Of a stretch of DNA of 64,000 bases, positions 18,940-28,336 are shown piece by piece. The translations under genes and the position numbers were made by a program. The notes beneath the pieces are model-generated. The model did no database searches. It was given only the letters and a program-made list of their open reading frames with translations, and had not been told where the DNA came from. Each line of letters starts with the position of its first letter. Position 1 is the first letter of the stretch. The stretch comes from an uncultured Chitinophagaceae bacterium (GTDB lineage Bacteria; Bacteroidota; Ignavibacteria; UBA10030; UBA8401). The DNA is taken from the NCBI GenBank assembly GCA_964355925.1, contig CAYHFN010000012.1, positions 11,949 to 75,948 on the forward strand, given 5' to 3'.

Positions 18940-20022
18940 ATGATCGATTACGAAAACCTACGAAAAGCGAACGAACCATTCTTTGATGAATATCGAACAT
19001 CATTCAATGATCTATTGAACAGTGGCTGGTTCATTCTTGGAAATGCGGTGAAGAATTTTGAACAGGAGTTTGCTGCATTCAACGGCAATAAATACTGCGT
19101 GGGTGTTGCAAATGGATTGGATGCTCTTATCCTTTGTCTGCGTGCGTTAAATCTTGAAAAAGGAAGCGAAGTGATCGTTCCTTCAAACACGTACATTGCT
19201 ACGATCCTTTCGATCCTTCAATGCGATCTCATTCCCGTTCTCGTGGAACCGGATATCCGCACATACAATATCGATCCAAAAAAGATCGAAGAAGCAATTA
19301 CAGCAAAAACGCGAGCGATCATGGTCGTTCATCTCTACGGAAAATCATGCGAGATGGATAGTATTTCAACAATCGCAAAGAAACGGAATATTGCATTGAT
19401 CGAAGACTGTGCACAATCGCATGGCGCGAAGTATAAAGGGAAGATGACCGGAACGTTCGGATACAGTGCATTCAGTTTTTATCCGACCAAAAATCTTGGA
19501 TGTCTTGGTGACGGCGGTGCAGTGACGACCGATGATGAATCGTTTGCCGGAAAGATCAGAATGCTCCGGAATTACGGTTCAGAAAAAAAATATTATAACG
19601 AAGTTGTTGGATATAATTCACGGCTAGATGAAGTGCAGGCAGGATTCCTGTCGGTAAAACTGAAGCATCTGAACGAGATTACATACCATAAACAAAAGCT
19701 TGCAAAGTTGTATCATGATGGATTGAAAAACGATTTTATCAAGCCTGTCGCTGATAGCGATTATATTGATGTTTTTCATATCTATAATGTCCGTCATCCC
19801 AAACGAAATGAGCTGAAAGAGTATCTGTTAAAGAATGAGATCAAAACAGATATTCACTATCCGGTTCCGCCGCATCAGCAGAAAGCAATGGTGGGAGTAT
19901 TGACGAAACAGCATTTTCCTATTTCAGAAGAAATTCACGCGACAACATTAAGTCTGCCGATCTCGTATTGTCATTCCGAAAGTGATGTGCAGCGGGTTAT
20001 AGAAGTGATGAACAAGTTCTGA
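18940..20022 (+). CDS. DegT/DnrJ/EryC1/StrS-family PLP aminotransferase (FdtB/WecE-like sugar transaminase)
   Basis: 360 aa. The pattern is [44 protein letters not shown] and RNYG. Confidence 0.85.
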   Translation: MIDYENLRKANEPFFDEYRTSFNDLLNSGWFILGNAVKNFEQEFAAFNGNKYCVGVANGLDALILCLRALNLEKGSEVIVPSNTYIATILSILQCDLIPVLVEPDIRTYNIDPKKIEEAITAKTRAIMVVHLYGKSCEMDSISTIAKKRNIALIEDCAQSHGAKYKGKMTGTFGYSAFSFYPTKNLGCLGDGGAVTTDDESFAGKIRMLRNYGSEKKYYNEVVGYNSRLDEVQAGFLSVKLKHLNEITYHKQKLAKLYHDGLKNDFIKPVADSDYIDVFHIYNVRHPKRNELKEYLLKNEIKTDIHYPVPPHQQKAMVGVLTKQHFPISEEIHATTLSLPISYCHSESDVQRVIEVMNKF

Positions 20023-20080
20023 ATCAATTAACAGTTACCAATGAACAATTACCAAAAAAGCAGTAATTAAGACATAAGAA

Positions 20081-20180
20081 TGTCATGCCCGAGTGCCCGC
20101 CTGAATGACGAAGTCGGGTAGGTTTTTATTGGGCATCCATTATATAGATTCCCGCTTGAAACGTGCGGGAATGACGGTCA
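20081..20180. repeat. GC-rich palindromic intergenic repeat modules
   Basis: gtcatgcccgagtgcccgcctgaatgacgaagtcggg...gggcat has atgccc/gggcat arms. attcccgc-ttgaaacgt-gcgggaat-gacgg is an 8-bp inverted repeat at 20148-20172. Both are of the gtcatg.../...gggaatgacgg style also seen at 11.2-11.8 kb. Confidence 0.7.
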
Positions 20181-20201
20181 GTTTTTGGATTTAATGTGAG
20201 A

Positions 20202-21470
20202 TTATAACTTATCTAAAATTACTGCTAATTTACCCGCAATAACTTCTCTGCTATACTGCTTTGCCACTGTTGTGTTTGGGGCGAGTGTTTTAAGCTTGTC
20301 AAAAATATCCATCGCGATGTAATTATACGGAAGAAGAATTCCTGCCTGTGCTTCCTGCAATATTCCACTCACTTCAGCATTATCATCTCCAAATGCAATA
20401 ATTCGGTTTCCGGTCCGGAGATATTCGAATAATTTTCCAGGAACGTGTCTTTTTTCCGTCGCACACATTATCAGATATGATGCATTGAGCATTTCTTGAA
20501 CAACTTCGTTATATGGAAGAAATCCTTTGTAATCCGTGTGGAGATCCAATCCCGCTTCGGTGATTGCATTCTTTATTTCAGGACTGACGGTGCCGACAAA
20601 TTGGAGCCGGAGTTTTCTTCCCTTGTCAATTTCTAATCTGATGTTCTTCCAGAGTCCGATTGGATTTTGGTAGTCGAAAATATTTCCAGCATGAAGAATG
20701 ATTTCCTCTTTTCCCGTAATTTCTTTTTTTATTCCCTCAAAATTCTCTTCGTTATAACCCCAATACAATACGTGTGATTTTTTTTCGATCCATGGATATT
20801 TCTTTACATACTCATTGCGCGAACTTTGAGTAACAAAAACAATCTGTGAAGCACTGCGCAATGTTGAACGTTCAAAATATCGGTCAAGCGCAAGTGTTGG
20901 CCAGCTTCGTTTGAATTCTTTATAATAGACAATATCGACCCAGGGGTCGATCAATACGGGAATGTGCGGAATACCGAATTTTTTGCTCAATCGCTTACCG
21001 ATCAAATGTGAACTGTGCGGTGGTCCAATGGAAACGATCGCGTTCGTTTGTTCGGATTCGATCAATTGTTTCCCGCCGTTCATTGCGGAGAATATCCATC
21101 CAATGCGGGCGTCCGGAACGAAGAGATTCATTCGGATCCAAATCGCAAACTTGTGTTTCCAATCTGCATTGGTGAGCGAGATCGTTTCGGATGCGATGAG
21201 AGGTGCATCGGATTTTTTTCCAAGGAATTTTCGGTATAGATTGAATGGCTCATTCGCAGCAGTTTTGATGACTGTTACATTCTTCACTTCGTTCAGCAGA
21301 CTTTCATCGGTATGAGAAAATGAATCTTCGTCCACTGTAAGAACACTTGGTTTCCAGCCGTGGTTCTGCAAATGTTTAATGATAAACAGTGGCCAGTGAA
21401 GAGATGCTTTACCGGAAGGAGGCCAGAAATACGATATGAAGAGAACATTTTTCATAAGAACAAGCTTCAA
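20202..21470 (-). CDS. glycosyltransferase family 4 (GT-B, group 1)
   Basis: 422 aa. The N-terminus is LFISYFWPPSGKAS. The C-terminal GT-B region includes the E..LLPY/FG pattern. Confidence 0.65.
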   Translation of the reverse strand: MKLVLMKNVLFISYFWPPSGKASLHWPLFIIKHLQNHGWKPSVLTVDEDSFSHTDESLLNEVKNVTVIKTAANEPFNLYRKFLGKKSDAPLIASETISLTNADWKHKFAIWIRMNLFVPDARIGWIFSAMNGGKQLIESEQTNAIVSIGPPHSSHLIGKRLSKKFGIPHIPVLIDPWVDIVYYKEFKRSWPTLALDRYFERSTLRSASQIVFVTQSSRNEYVKKYPWIEKKSHVLYWGYNEENFEGIKKEITGKEEIILHAGNIFDYQNPIGLWKNIRLEIDKGRKLRLQFVGTVSPEIKNAITEAGLDLHTDYKGFLPYNEVVQEMLNASYLIMCATEKRHVPGKLFEYLRTGNRIIAFGDDNAEVSGILQEAQAGILLPYNYIAMDIFDKLKTLAPNTTVAKQYSREVIAGKLAVILDKL

Positions 21471-21520
21471 AAGCTAAGTTTCGTTGTCACTAAAACACAA
21501 AAGCACGAAGAAAACAAATA

Positions 21521-22057
21521 CTATTTCTTCAACCATAATTCGGTGATCGCTTCGCCTTTCCATTTCAGATCTAGGAACAGATCACATACTTCGCGAACCG
21601 CACCGTATCCGCCATTGGTTTTGGTGACATAGTCGGCGATCTTTTTATTGATCGCTGTTGCATTGGCGGGAGTGGCGGAAAAGCCGACCTTTTTCATCAC
21701 AACAATATCGTTGATATCGTCGCCGATGAATGCGATCTCTTCCCATTTCAATGAATATTTTGCGATCAATTTCTCGATCGCTTCCATTTTGTTATAACTT
21801 CCCTGGATAAGATCATCAACCTGCAGTCGTTCAGCCCGTTTTTCAACGATCTTCGTATTTTCCGTTGTGACGATCGCGATCTTGTAGCCCGCTTTGCGGA
21901 GAAGGACCATTCCCATTCCGTCGCGGATGTTGAATTTTTTCAGTTCAATTCCATCACCGGAATAATATGCGCCGGAATCGGTCAGAACGCCGTCGACATC
22001 ACTGACAAGGATCTTGATCTTTTTTAATTTTGATTTGAGTGCTACTGATGTTGCCAT
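21521..22057 (-). CDS. kdsC: HAD-IIIA phosphatase, KdsC-like (3-deoxy-D-manno-octulosonate 8-phosphate phosphatase)
   Basis: The motifs DVDGVLTD, KFNIRDG.G, K..A and FIGDDINDI have KdsC-type spacing. Confidence 0.75.
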   Translation of the reverse strand: MATSVALKSKLKKIKILVSDVDGVLTDSGAYYSGDGIELKKFNIRDGMGMVLLRKAGYKIAIVTTENTKIVEKRAERLQVDDLIQGSYNKMEAIEKLIAKYSLKWEEIAFIGDDINDIVVMKKVGFSATPANATAINKKIADYVTKTNGGYGAVREVCDLFLDLKWKGEAITELWLKK

Positions 22058-22156
22058 AGTTTATCTTTCACGTTCAAATTGTGACAATAAACTACGGAAA
22101 AAATAATGTGATTCCAAGAATTGAGGAACGCTATAAAATAGATCGTTGTACTGTCG

Positions 22157-23734
22157 TTACTTTAACAGCGTCATTGATTTTATTTGCACCGTTGAGCCTT
22201 GTTGCAGCCGGCAATAATATGTTCCACTTGGTAATGATGCTCCATTGAAAACAATTTCATGATCGCCGGAGGAATATGTTCCTTCAACAAGTGTTTGAAT
22301 CTCTCGTCCGAGTGAGTCATATATTTTCAAAAGAATATATTCACCGTTCGAAGTAAATCGAATCCGTGTTGATGGATTAAATGGATTTGGATAATTTTGA
22401 TGTAATACAATTTCTGTCGGGGTAATTTCATTATTTTGGACTGAAGATGGTGCTGAGATAATTGGCAGCGACTGAAAGTTCTTCAACAACACTGTTTCCA
22501 GTTCTGTTTGTGGAACACCAAACCAATCTTTGAGAATCGAAGCATAGACAGAACGAAAATCATACTGCATCGGCAGATTGTCTTTTGCTGTTGCTGTGCC
22601 GGGAATGATCGGATTCGATCCGATGATTCCCGGATTGACTTTCTTGCCAAAGACTATTAATGGAGCGGCAGCACCATGATCTGTTCCGCCGCTTGCGTTT
22701 GAAATAATGCGTCTTCCAAACTCTGAGAATGTCATCCCGATAACTCGATCTTCAACGCCGAGTAATTGCAGATCATTTTGAAAAGCAGAAATTCCTTTTG
22801 AAAGTCGTGCCATTAACGTTGCATGAGTTCCTGTTTCAGGTGTTCCAAGCACAACTTGATTTGAATGTGTATCGAACCCTCCTAAACTCACAACATAAAT
22901 TCTTGTTTTCAATCCGCCGGCAATGAGACGTGCAACAATTTTTAGTTGATCGCCGAGAGAATTGTCTGGTGAGATTGGATACATTGTTGAAAGAGTATTC
23001 GCTTTTGTTGCCGCATTTTTTATTACGGTTGCATATTGCTGTGTTTGCTGCGCTACCTGTCGTATGAATGTCAACTCATGTCCCGCAGGAGTGTTTGGTG
23101 CCGGATCAACAGTTCCTGTTACCAGTTGGTAGAATTTTGTAGGATCGGTGATCGTCATTCCCATTGAAACTGCCGGACCCTGCAAACCGGGAGAAATTGT
23201 TGAACCGATCTGAATTGCAAGAGGATCGGGCATGACAGTATTTGGATAATTATTTGGGAACGAAGGATATTCTTCATTCAAATATCGTCCAAGCCACCCA
23301 TTCGTCACATATTGATTTGAATCGGAGGCGGTAAGCCAAATATCCGTAGCACGAAAGTGCGAAAAATTCGGATTCGGATAGCCGACACTCTGTATAACGG
23401 AAAGTTTTCCGTTGGAATAGAGATCCATCATTCCGCTTAATGAGGGATGAAGACCTGTTGATGCATTCATCTTCAAAACTTTTGCTTCCGGAATTAAAAT
23501 ATTTGCACGTGCTTTTGCAAGATTGGTGTATTCGCTTAACGGAATAACAGTGTTCAAACCGTCGTTACCGCCATTCAATTGAATTAACACAAAGACACGA
23601 TCTGTTTCCGTTGCAGCACTGACAAGAGTTTCCAAGAACGGCGAGCGCCCGTACGCTTTTACGGAAAATCCCCCAATGAACATTGGAAGTAATGAAACCG
23701 GAACTGCTTTTGAAATAAAATTACGGCGATTCAT
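22157..23734 (-). CDS. DUF1501 (sulfatase/phosphatase-fold) protein with Tat-like signal and T9SS C-terminal domain
   Basis: The N-terminus is MNRRNFISKAVPV (RRxFxxK). The core has LNGGNDGLNT, GGFDTH, FSEFGRR and GTDHG. The C-terminus is QNYPNPFNPSTRIRF...IYDSLGREI...GTYYCRL. Confidence 0.8.
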   Translation of the reverse strand: MNRRNFISKAVPVSLLPMFIGGFSVKAYGRSPFLETLVSAATETDRVFVLIQLNGGNDGLNTVIPLSEYTNLAKARANILIPEAKVLKMNASTGLHPSLSGMMDLYSNGKLSVIQSVGYPNPNFSHFRATDIWLTASDSNQYVTNGWLGRYLNEEYPSFPNNYPNTVMPDPLAIQIGSTISPGLQGPAVSMGMTITDPTKFYQLVTGTVDPAPNTPAGHELTFIRQVAQQTQQYATVIKNAATKANTLSTMYPISPDNSLGDQLKIVARLIAGGLKTRIYVVSLGGFDTHSNQVVLGTPETGTHATLMARLSKGISAFQNDLQLLGVEDRVIGMTFSEFGRRIISNASGGTDHGAAAPLIVFGKKVNPGIIGSNPIIPGTATAKDNLPMQYDFRSVYASILKDWFGVPQTELETVLLKNFQSLPIISAPSSVQNNEITPTEIVLHQNYPNPFNPSTRIRFTSNGEYILLKIYDSLGREIQTLVEGTYSSGDHEIVFNGASLPSGTYYCRLQQGSTVQIKSMTLLK

Positions 23735-23744
23735 AGTCTTCCTT

Positions 23745-25463
23745 TTATGAAAGTTGATATTCGGCAGCGTTCATCAATACTTTGAGCAGCGATTGTAATC
23801 GAGTAACGACAGTTGATTTTGCGTTTGCATCACTGGTGTTTAATTTATATGCATTCCATGCATCAGTCCAATAATGATCCGATGCTTGTCCGGAAAGAAG
23901 AGAACTTGTTTTGATGGATGCTTTGAGTGAGTCAGAAATTATTATTGGATAAAGATGCTGCACGATATCATTTACCAGAATTGTTGGATCGGATGGATTT
24001 GGGAATTGATCGGCATACGCAATCACATCAACAACTAATCGCGTGTTTGATTTTGTATATCCGCTGGCTGTTACCATTGTATCGGTAAACTGATCTCGTT
24101 TTGGAAGCGTATCTGCGTTGATCCAAATCTCATAATATTGCGGTTCCTGATAGAATGGCGACCACCCGGCAACATTCGGCGGATCGCCAATGTTCATTTG
24201 CATCGTTGATGCCTGGCTGCGCACATAGTCCCAAATCCCATATTTCTGAGTGTTCGTCAATACTGCGGGTGGATTAATTGTTGATATTGCGTTGATATGA
24301 AATTCTCGACACAATCCAACAGTAAGATCGATCGGAGTTTTGATCACGCATCCCATATTTACCGGATCGAAGAAATGAGCGCTCTTCAATAACGCAGCAA
24401 GTGCTGGTTTAATTTCGTAATTATTTGCTCGAATAAGATCCGCTAATGGAGTGATGACATTCAATTCAACAGTTGAATCGATGATGTAATAGACGAAAAA
24501 CCTGTACAATTTTCGTGCAAGAAATTTTGCAACTTCATTTTGTGCAAAGATCATTGTCATTAAGTCGTCAAGTTCAAGCGCCCCGGCTGTTGCACCGGTC
24601 TTTCCTGCAATAGTTGTAGAATTATAGAATGCTGAAAATGTTTTGTTCGTTGCATCGTGTTTTGTTGAATCAAACGTTGAGACATTATTTGCAGCATCAA
24701 TTCTCCAGCCTGTAAGCGTGCGTGCGGCATTCTTCACATCATCTTCAGTATAATGCGAATCCGGACCTTTGCCAACGGTGAATAATTCCTGAAGTTCACG
24801 CCCATAGTTCTCATCGGGCGCAGTTTTTGTGTTCACATACCCGTTAAGAAATTGCAGCATTGCTGGATCTGTTGTTATTTGTTTCGTCAGTTCTTTAAAA
24901 TTTCCGAGTGCAAACTGACGAAGGAGAGCATGATGTTTGTACACATATCGAGCATCGCTGATATTGTTTGTTTCTGTGGAAAAATGATTGTGCCAGAACA
25001 GTGTCATTTTTTCTCTGATCGAAAGTTGTTGAGAAATCATCTCATTGATCCACCATGATTTCCATGATGTAATTCGAGATCCATTGACAGTGCTGTCGTA
25101 TGCGGCATTTACCCACGTTGCGCCGGGAAGCACTCCGGATGGATCTGCGGTTGCTGAATAATTATTCACCGGTGGTGTTGGAATTGGTGGTGCGGTCAAA
25201 AGAAGATCAACAGTTTCAGAAAGTGTTTTTGTTTTGATTACATCAAGGTCTGGACGACTTGCACCGAATGTTGTCCTGCGTAAAAGATGAAGCATTTGAT
25301 CGGTTCCCCACGTTCCTGCAAAAGGTTCTAATCCTGCAGAAGATCGTTCCAATCCTTTTGGAAGAGTTTTATTTGCAAAATCTTCAATGCTATTTTCATT
25401 CAAAAGAAGATTTTCTTCTTCAATGATCAAAGGAGCAGTTGCTAAAAAATCTCTTCTTTTCAT
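23745..25463 (-). CDS. DUF1800 domain protein (partner of DUF1501)
   Basis: I chose the start at MKRRDFLATAP. LHLLRRTTFG, FWHNHF and MLQFLN are hallmark DUF1800 segments. The gene lies immediately upstream of DUF1501, which is the usual pairing. Confidence 0.75.
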   Translation of the reverse strand: MKRRDFLATAPLIIEEENLLLNENSIEDFANKTLPKGLERSSAGLEPFAGTWGTDQMLHLLRRTTFGASRPDLDVIKTKTLSETVDLLLTAPPIPTPPVNNYSATADPSGVLPGATWVNAAYDSTVNGSRITSWKSWWINEMISQQLSIREKMTLFWHNHFSTETNNISDARYVYKHHALLRQFALGNFKELTKQITTDPAMLQFLNGYVNTKTAPDENYGRELQELFTVGKGPDSHYTEDDVKNAARTLTGWRIDAANNVSTFDSTKHDATNKTFSAFYNSTTIAGKTGATAGALELDDLMTMIFAQNEVAKFLARKLYRFFVYYIIDSTVELNVITPLADLIRANNYEIKPALAALLKSAHFFDPVNMGCVIKTPIDLTVGLCREFHINAISTINPPAVLTNTQKYGIWDYVRSQASTMQMNIGDPPNVAGWSPFYQEPQYYEIWINADTLPKRDQFTDTMVTASGYTKSNTRLVVDVIAYADQFPNPSDPTILVNDIVQHLYPIIISDSLKASIKTSSLLSGQASDHYWTDAWNAYKLNTSDANAKSTVVTRLQSLLKVLMNAAEYQLS

Positions 25464-25663
25464 AATAATAAATTCCCGCAATGGAATAGAATTTGTATAT
25501 GTATCTTACAAGAAGTCTGCCAATGTTTGCCTCTTTGCAGTATTGTAAGTATGACTGTAATTTGGCCGATTGGTTTAATATATCACTTAGACTTGACAAG
25601 TCAATATGCATAAATCACATAGTTCAATGCATATTTTGCACAAAATATTCTTACCTTAATACT

Positions 25664-26365
25664 ATGAAAATAGCCATCATATCCGATATTCATGGAAATC
25701 TTGAGGCGCTGAACGCCGTGCTTTCAAAGATTGATAGTCTAACTGTTCAAACAATTTATTGTTTAGGCGATATCGTCGGCTATGGACCGAATCCGAATGA
25801 GTGTGTGGAATTGATCCGTTCACGAAATATTTCCTCAATCGCAGGAAATCATGATAAAGCAGTGACCGAAGAACTTTCCATTGAATCATTCAGCCAAATG
25901 GCAAGGGCGGGAGTTTTGTGGACGCAATCCGTGATTACGGAAGAGAATAAAAATTTTCTGAAGAACCTGCCGTATTCGATACAAGAACATAATATTCTAT
26001 TTGTCCATAGCTCACCCGATTATCCTGAAGAATTTCGTTATCTATTATCACCGGAAGATGCTCGCGAAAGCTTTGATTATTTCTCAAATCTTTTATGCTT
26101 TGTCGGTCATACGCATCGTCCCGTTGTTTTTTGCGAAGATACTAGAACATTGGAAATTACACCGGAAAAGAAATTCATCGTCAATGTGGGGAGTGTCGGT
26201 CAGCCGCGGGATGGAAATTGGAATGCATGTTTTGTTCTGTTGGATACCGAACTCTATACTTTAGATTTTGTGCGTGTTGAATATGATGTTGAATTAGTGC
26301 GCAAAAAAATTGAAACGATTGGATTACCGCAAAAACTTGCTGACAGATTGTTGGTGGGAATATAG
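25664..26365 (+). CDS. metallophosphoesterase (YfcE/MJ0936-like)
   Basis: I chose the start at MKIAIISDIHGN, followed by CLGDIVGYGP, GNHD and GHTH motifs. The upstream part of the 290-aa track ORF has no homology-like features. Confidence 0.75.
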   Translation: MKIAIISDIHGNLEALNAVLSKIDSLTVQTIYCLGDIVGYGPNPNECVELIRSRNISSIAGNHDKAVTEELSIESFSQMARAGVLWTQSVITEENKNFLKNLPYSIQEHNILFVHSSPDYPEEFRYLLSPEDARESFDYFSNLLCFVGHTHRPVVFCEDTRTLEITPEKKFIVNVGSVGQPRDGNWNACFVLLDTELYTLDFVRVEYDVELVRKKIETIGLPQKLADRLLVGI

Positions 26366-26402
26366 AAAAACTTTATATCAATGCAATTTAATATCACCAC
26401 CC

Positions 26403-28202
26403 ATGAAAAAATATTTTCTTCTGCCGTTCTTTCTTCTTCAATTGCTTCTTTCACAATATAATTTCAGATCGCAGTATTTGCAGACACCGGAAATGTTATT
26501 CGGGTATGTTGATAGCTGCGCCAAATTTTGGATGAAAGCATACGAGCCTACATCCGGCGGATTCTACACCAACATCAATCGACAGGGAAATCTTAATGGC
26601 ACATCCACCATCAAGAATACTTTGAACCAATCACGCGATGCGTACGGATTTGTACGCGCATTCCAGATGACGGGTGATACAACCTATCTTCGATTTGCAC
26701 GATACGGTTTGGATTTTATGTACGCGTACGGCTGGGATAAAACATATGGCGGATGGAACAATGATATCAGCAAGATCGGAGTTGCGACAAGTCCCACCAC
26801 AAATAAAACAGCGTACTATCAGCATTACGCAATGCTCGGAATTACGGCGGCATACGAAGCAACCCGCGACACAAACGATCTGAATTGGCTGATGAAAAGT
26901 TATGACTATAACGAATCACACCTCTGGGATTCCAGTACCGCTAATTTTGGGTATTACGATTATGTGAAATACGACGGCACCACTCCGACCGATAAAAGTT
27001 TCAACGCAACAGTCGATGCGGTCACCACACATCTGCTTCATCTTTATTTGATGACAGGTGAACAGCGATACAAAACGCGTCTTTTGCAGCTTGCGGAAAA
27101 TATGATCGATCGTCTTGCAGTGAGTGCTTCATTACAGCAGATCGGGTTTGCGGAAAAGTACACGTCGTTGTGGCAGATCAAAAGCAGCAACAGCAACGAT
27201 GAAAAAAGAACGATCATGGGGCACGTCTTAAAAACAGGATGGTGTCTTGCGCGGATCTATCAATTAGAAAAAGATCCCATCTTTCTTTCCACCGCGGAAC
27301 AACTTGTGCAGATCGTTCTCGACAAAGGATACGATCATCAAAACGGCGGACCATATAAAGATTACGACCGCACAACCGGACAAATGATGATGTATGGAAT
27401 TTCCGATACGGCAAAAGCATGGTGGCAGATGGAACAGGCAATAACATCAGGACTGATGCTGTATCAGTTAACCGGTAAAGAAAAATATCTAAAGATGGCG
27501 GACGAAACGCTCGACTTCTTCATGAAATATTTTGTGGATCATGTCTACGGAGATGTCTTTGAGAATGCCAATAAATATGGCGGAATGATCGCCGCCTGGG
27601 GAACCACAAAAGGGGGAACGGGAAAAGCTGCATACCATTCCATCGAAACCGGTTATTATTCATATCTGTATGGAAAACTGTTGGTAAAAAAAGAATCTGC
27701 GGTATTGTATTACCGTTTTGGCCCCGAAAATCGTGATCGTACGTTTACACTTAGGCCTATTGGTGTGCCGAATGGATATCTGGTGATCAGTGGAATAAAA
27801 AAAGATGGTTTATTGTATAGCAATTATTCTGAGAATAAATTGACAATAACGCTACCAGCAAACACCGGCGGAGTCTTTGCCGTTACATATCAACCGCAGA
27901 TCATTAATGCTATTGCTTTGAGAAACAAGAGTCTCCCGAACGATTTTCAGCTAATGCAGAACTATCCGAATCCTTTCAATCCGAGCACTACAATTAAATA
28001 CCAGATTCCAGTAGATGGATTAGTCTCGTTGAAAGTATATAATCTTATCGGTCAAGAAGTTGCTTCTCTTGTGAATCAATTGCAAGCGGCAGCAAGTTAT
28101 GAAACATCGTTCGATGCATCAAAACTTTCCAGCGGAATATATTTCTACACGTTACGCGCGGGAAATTTTGTTCAGACGAAAAAGATGATGTTGATGAGAT
28201 AG
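26403..28202 (+). CDS. secreted (alpha/alpha)6-barrel protein of the AGE / glycoside-hydrolase-like family with T9SS C-terminal domain
   Basis: The start at MKKYFLLPFFLLQLLL gives a signal peptide. The W/Y-rich helical repeats resemble N-acylglucosamine 2-epimerase-like folds. The C-terminus is QNYPNPFNPSTTIKY...VYNLIGQEV...GIYFYTL. Confidence 0.55.
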   Translation: MKKYFLLPFFLLQLLLSQYNFRSQYLQTPEMLFGYVDSCAKFWMKAYEPTSGGFYTNINRQGNLNGTSTIKNTLNQSRDAYGFVRAFQMTGDTTYLRFARYGLDFMYAYGWDKTYGGWNNDISKIGVATSPTTNKTAYYQHYAMLGITAAYEATRDTNDLNWLMKSYDYNESHLWDSSTANFGYYDYVKYDGTTPTDKSFNATVDAVTTHLLHLYLMTGEQRYKTRLLQLAENMIDRLAVSASLQQIGFAEKYTSLWQIKSSNSNDEKRTIMGHVLKTGWCLARIYQLEKDPIFLSTAEQLVQIVLDKGYDHQNGGPYKDYDRTTGQMMMYGISDTAKAWWQMEQAITSGLMLYQLTGKEKYLKMADETLDFFMKYFVDHVYGDVFENANKYGGMIAAWGTTKGGTGKAAYHSIETGYYSYLYGKLLVKKESAVLYYRFGPENRDRTFTLRPIGVPNGYLVISGIKKDGLLYSNYSENKLTITLPANTGGVFAVTYQPQIINAIALRNKSLPNDFQLMQNYPNPFNPSTTIKYQIPVDGLVSLKVYNLIGQEVASLVNQLQAAASYETSFDASKLSSGIYFYTLRAGNFVQTKKMMLMR

Positions 28203-28336
28203 TGCCAAATGGTACTATCGTGAATAGTATTGGTGGGTTATAATGAAAATATTATTCTATCTGTTTTTCTATTGTAATTCGTGATTTTGCATTAAGGAAA
28301 GCGTATATTCTCACATACTTATATTTGGAGAATGTA

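Noticed and set aside
25493-25663. 57-aa N-terminal extension of the metallophosphoesterase ORF in the track
   Set aside because: The extension is Cys/Tyr-rich and overlaps the promoter region shared with the divergent DUF1800 gene. The conserved MKIAIISDIHGN start at 25664 is typical for this family.
28243-28284. 13-aa mini-ORF (MKILFYLFFYCNS) upstream of the propeller-phosphoesterase gene
   Set aside because: It is too short, has no RBS and no evidence of conservation. It lies in AT-rich spacer DNA.
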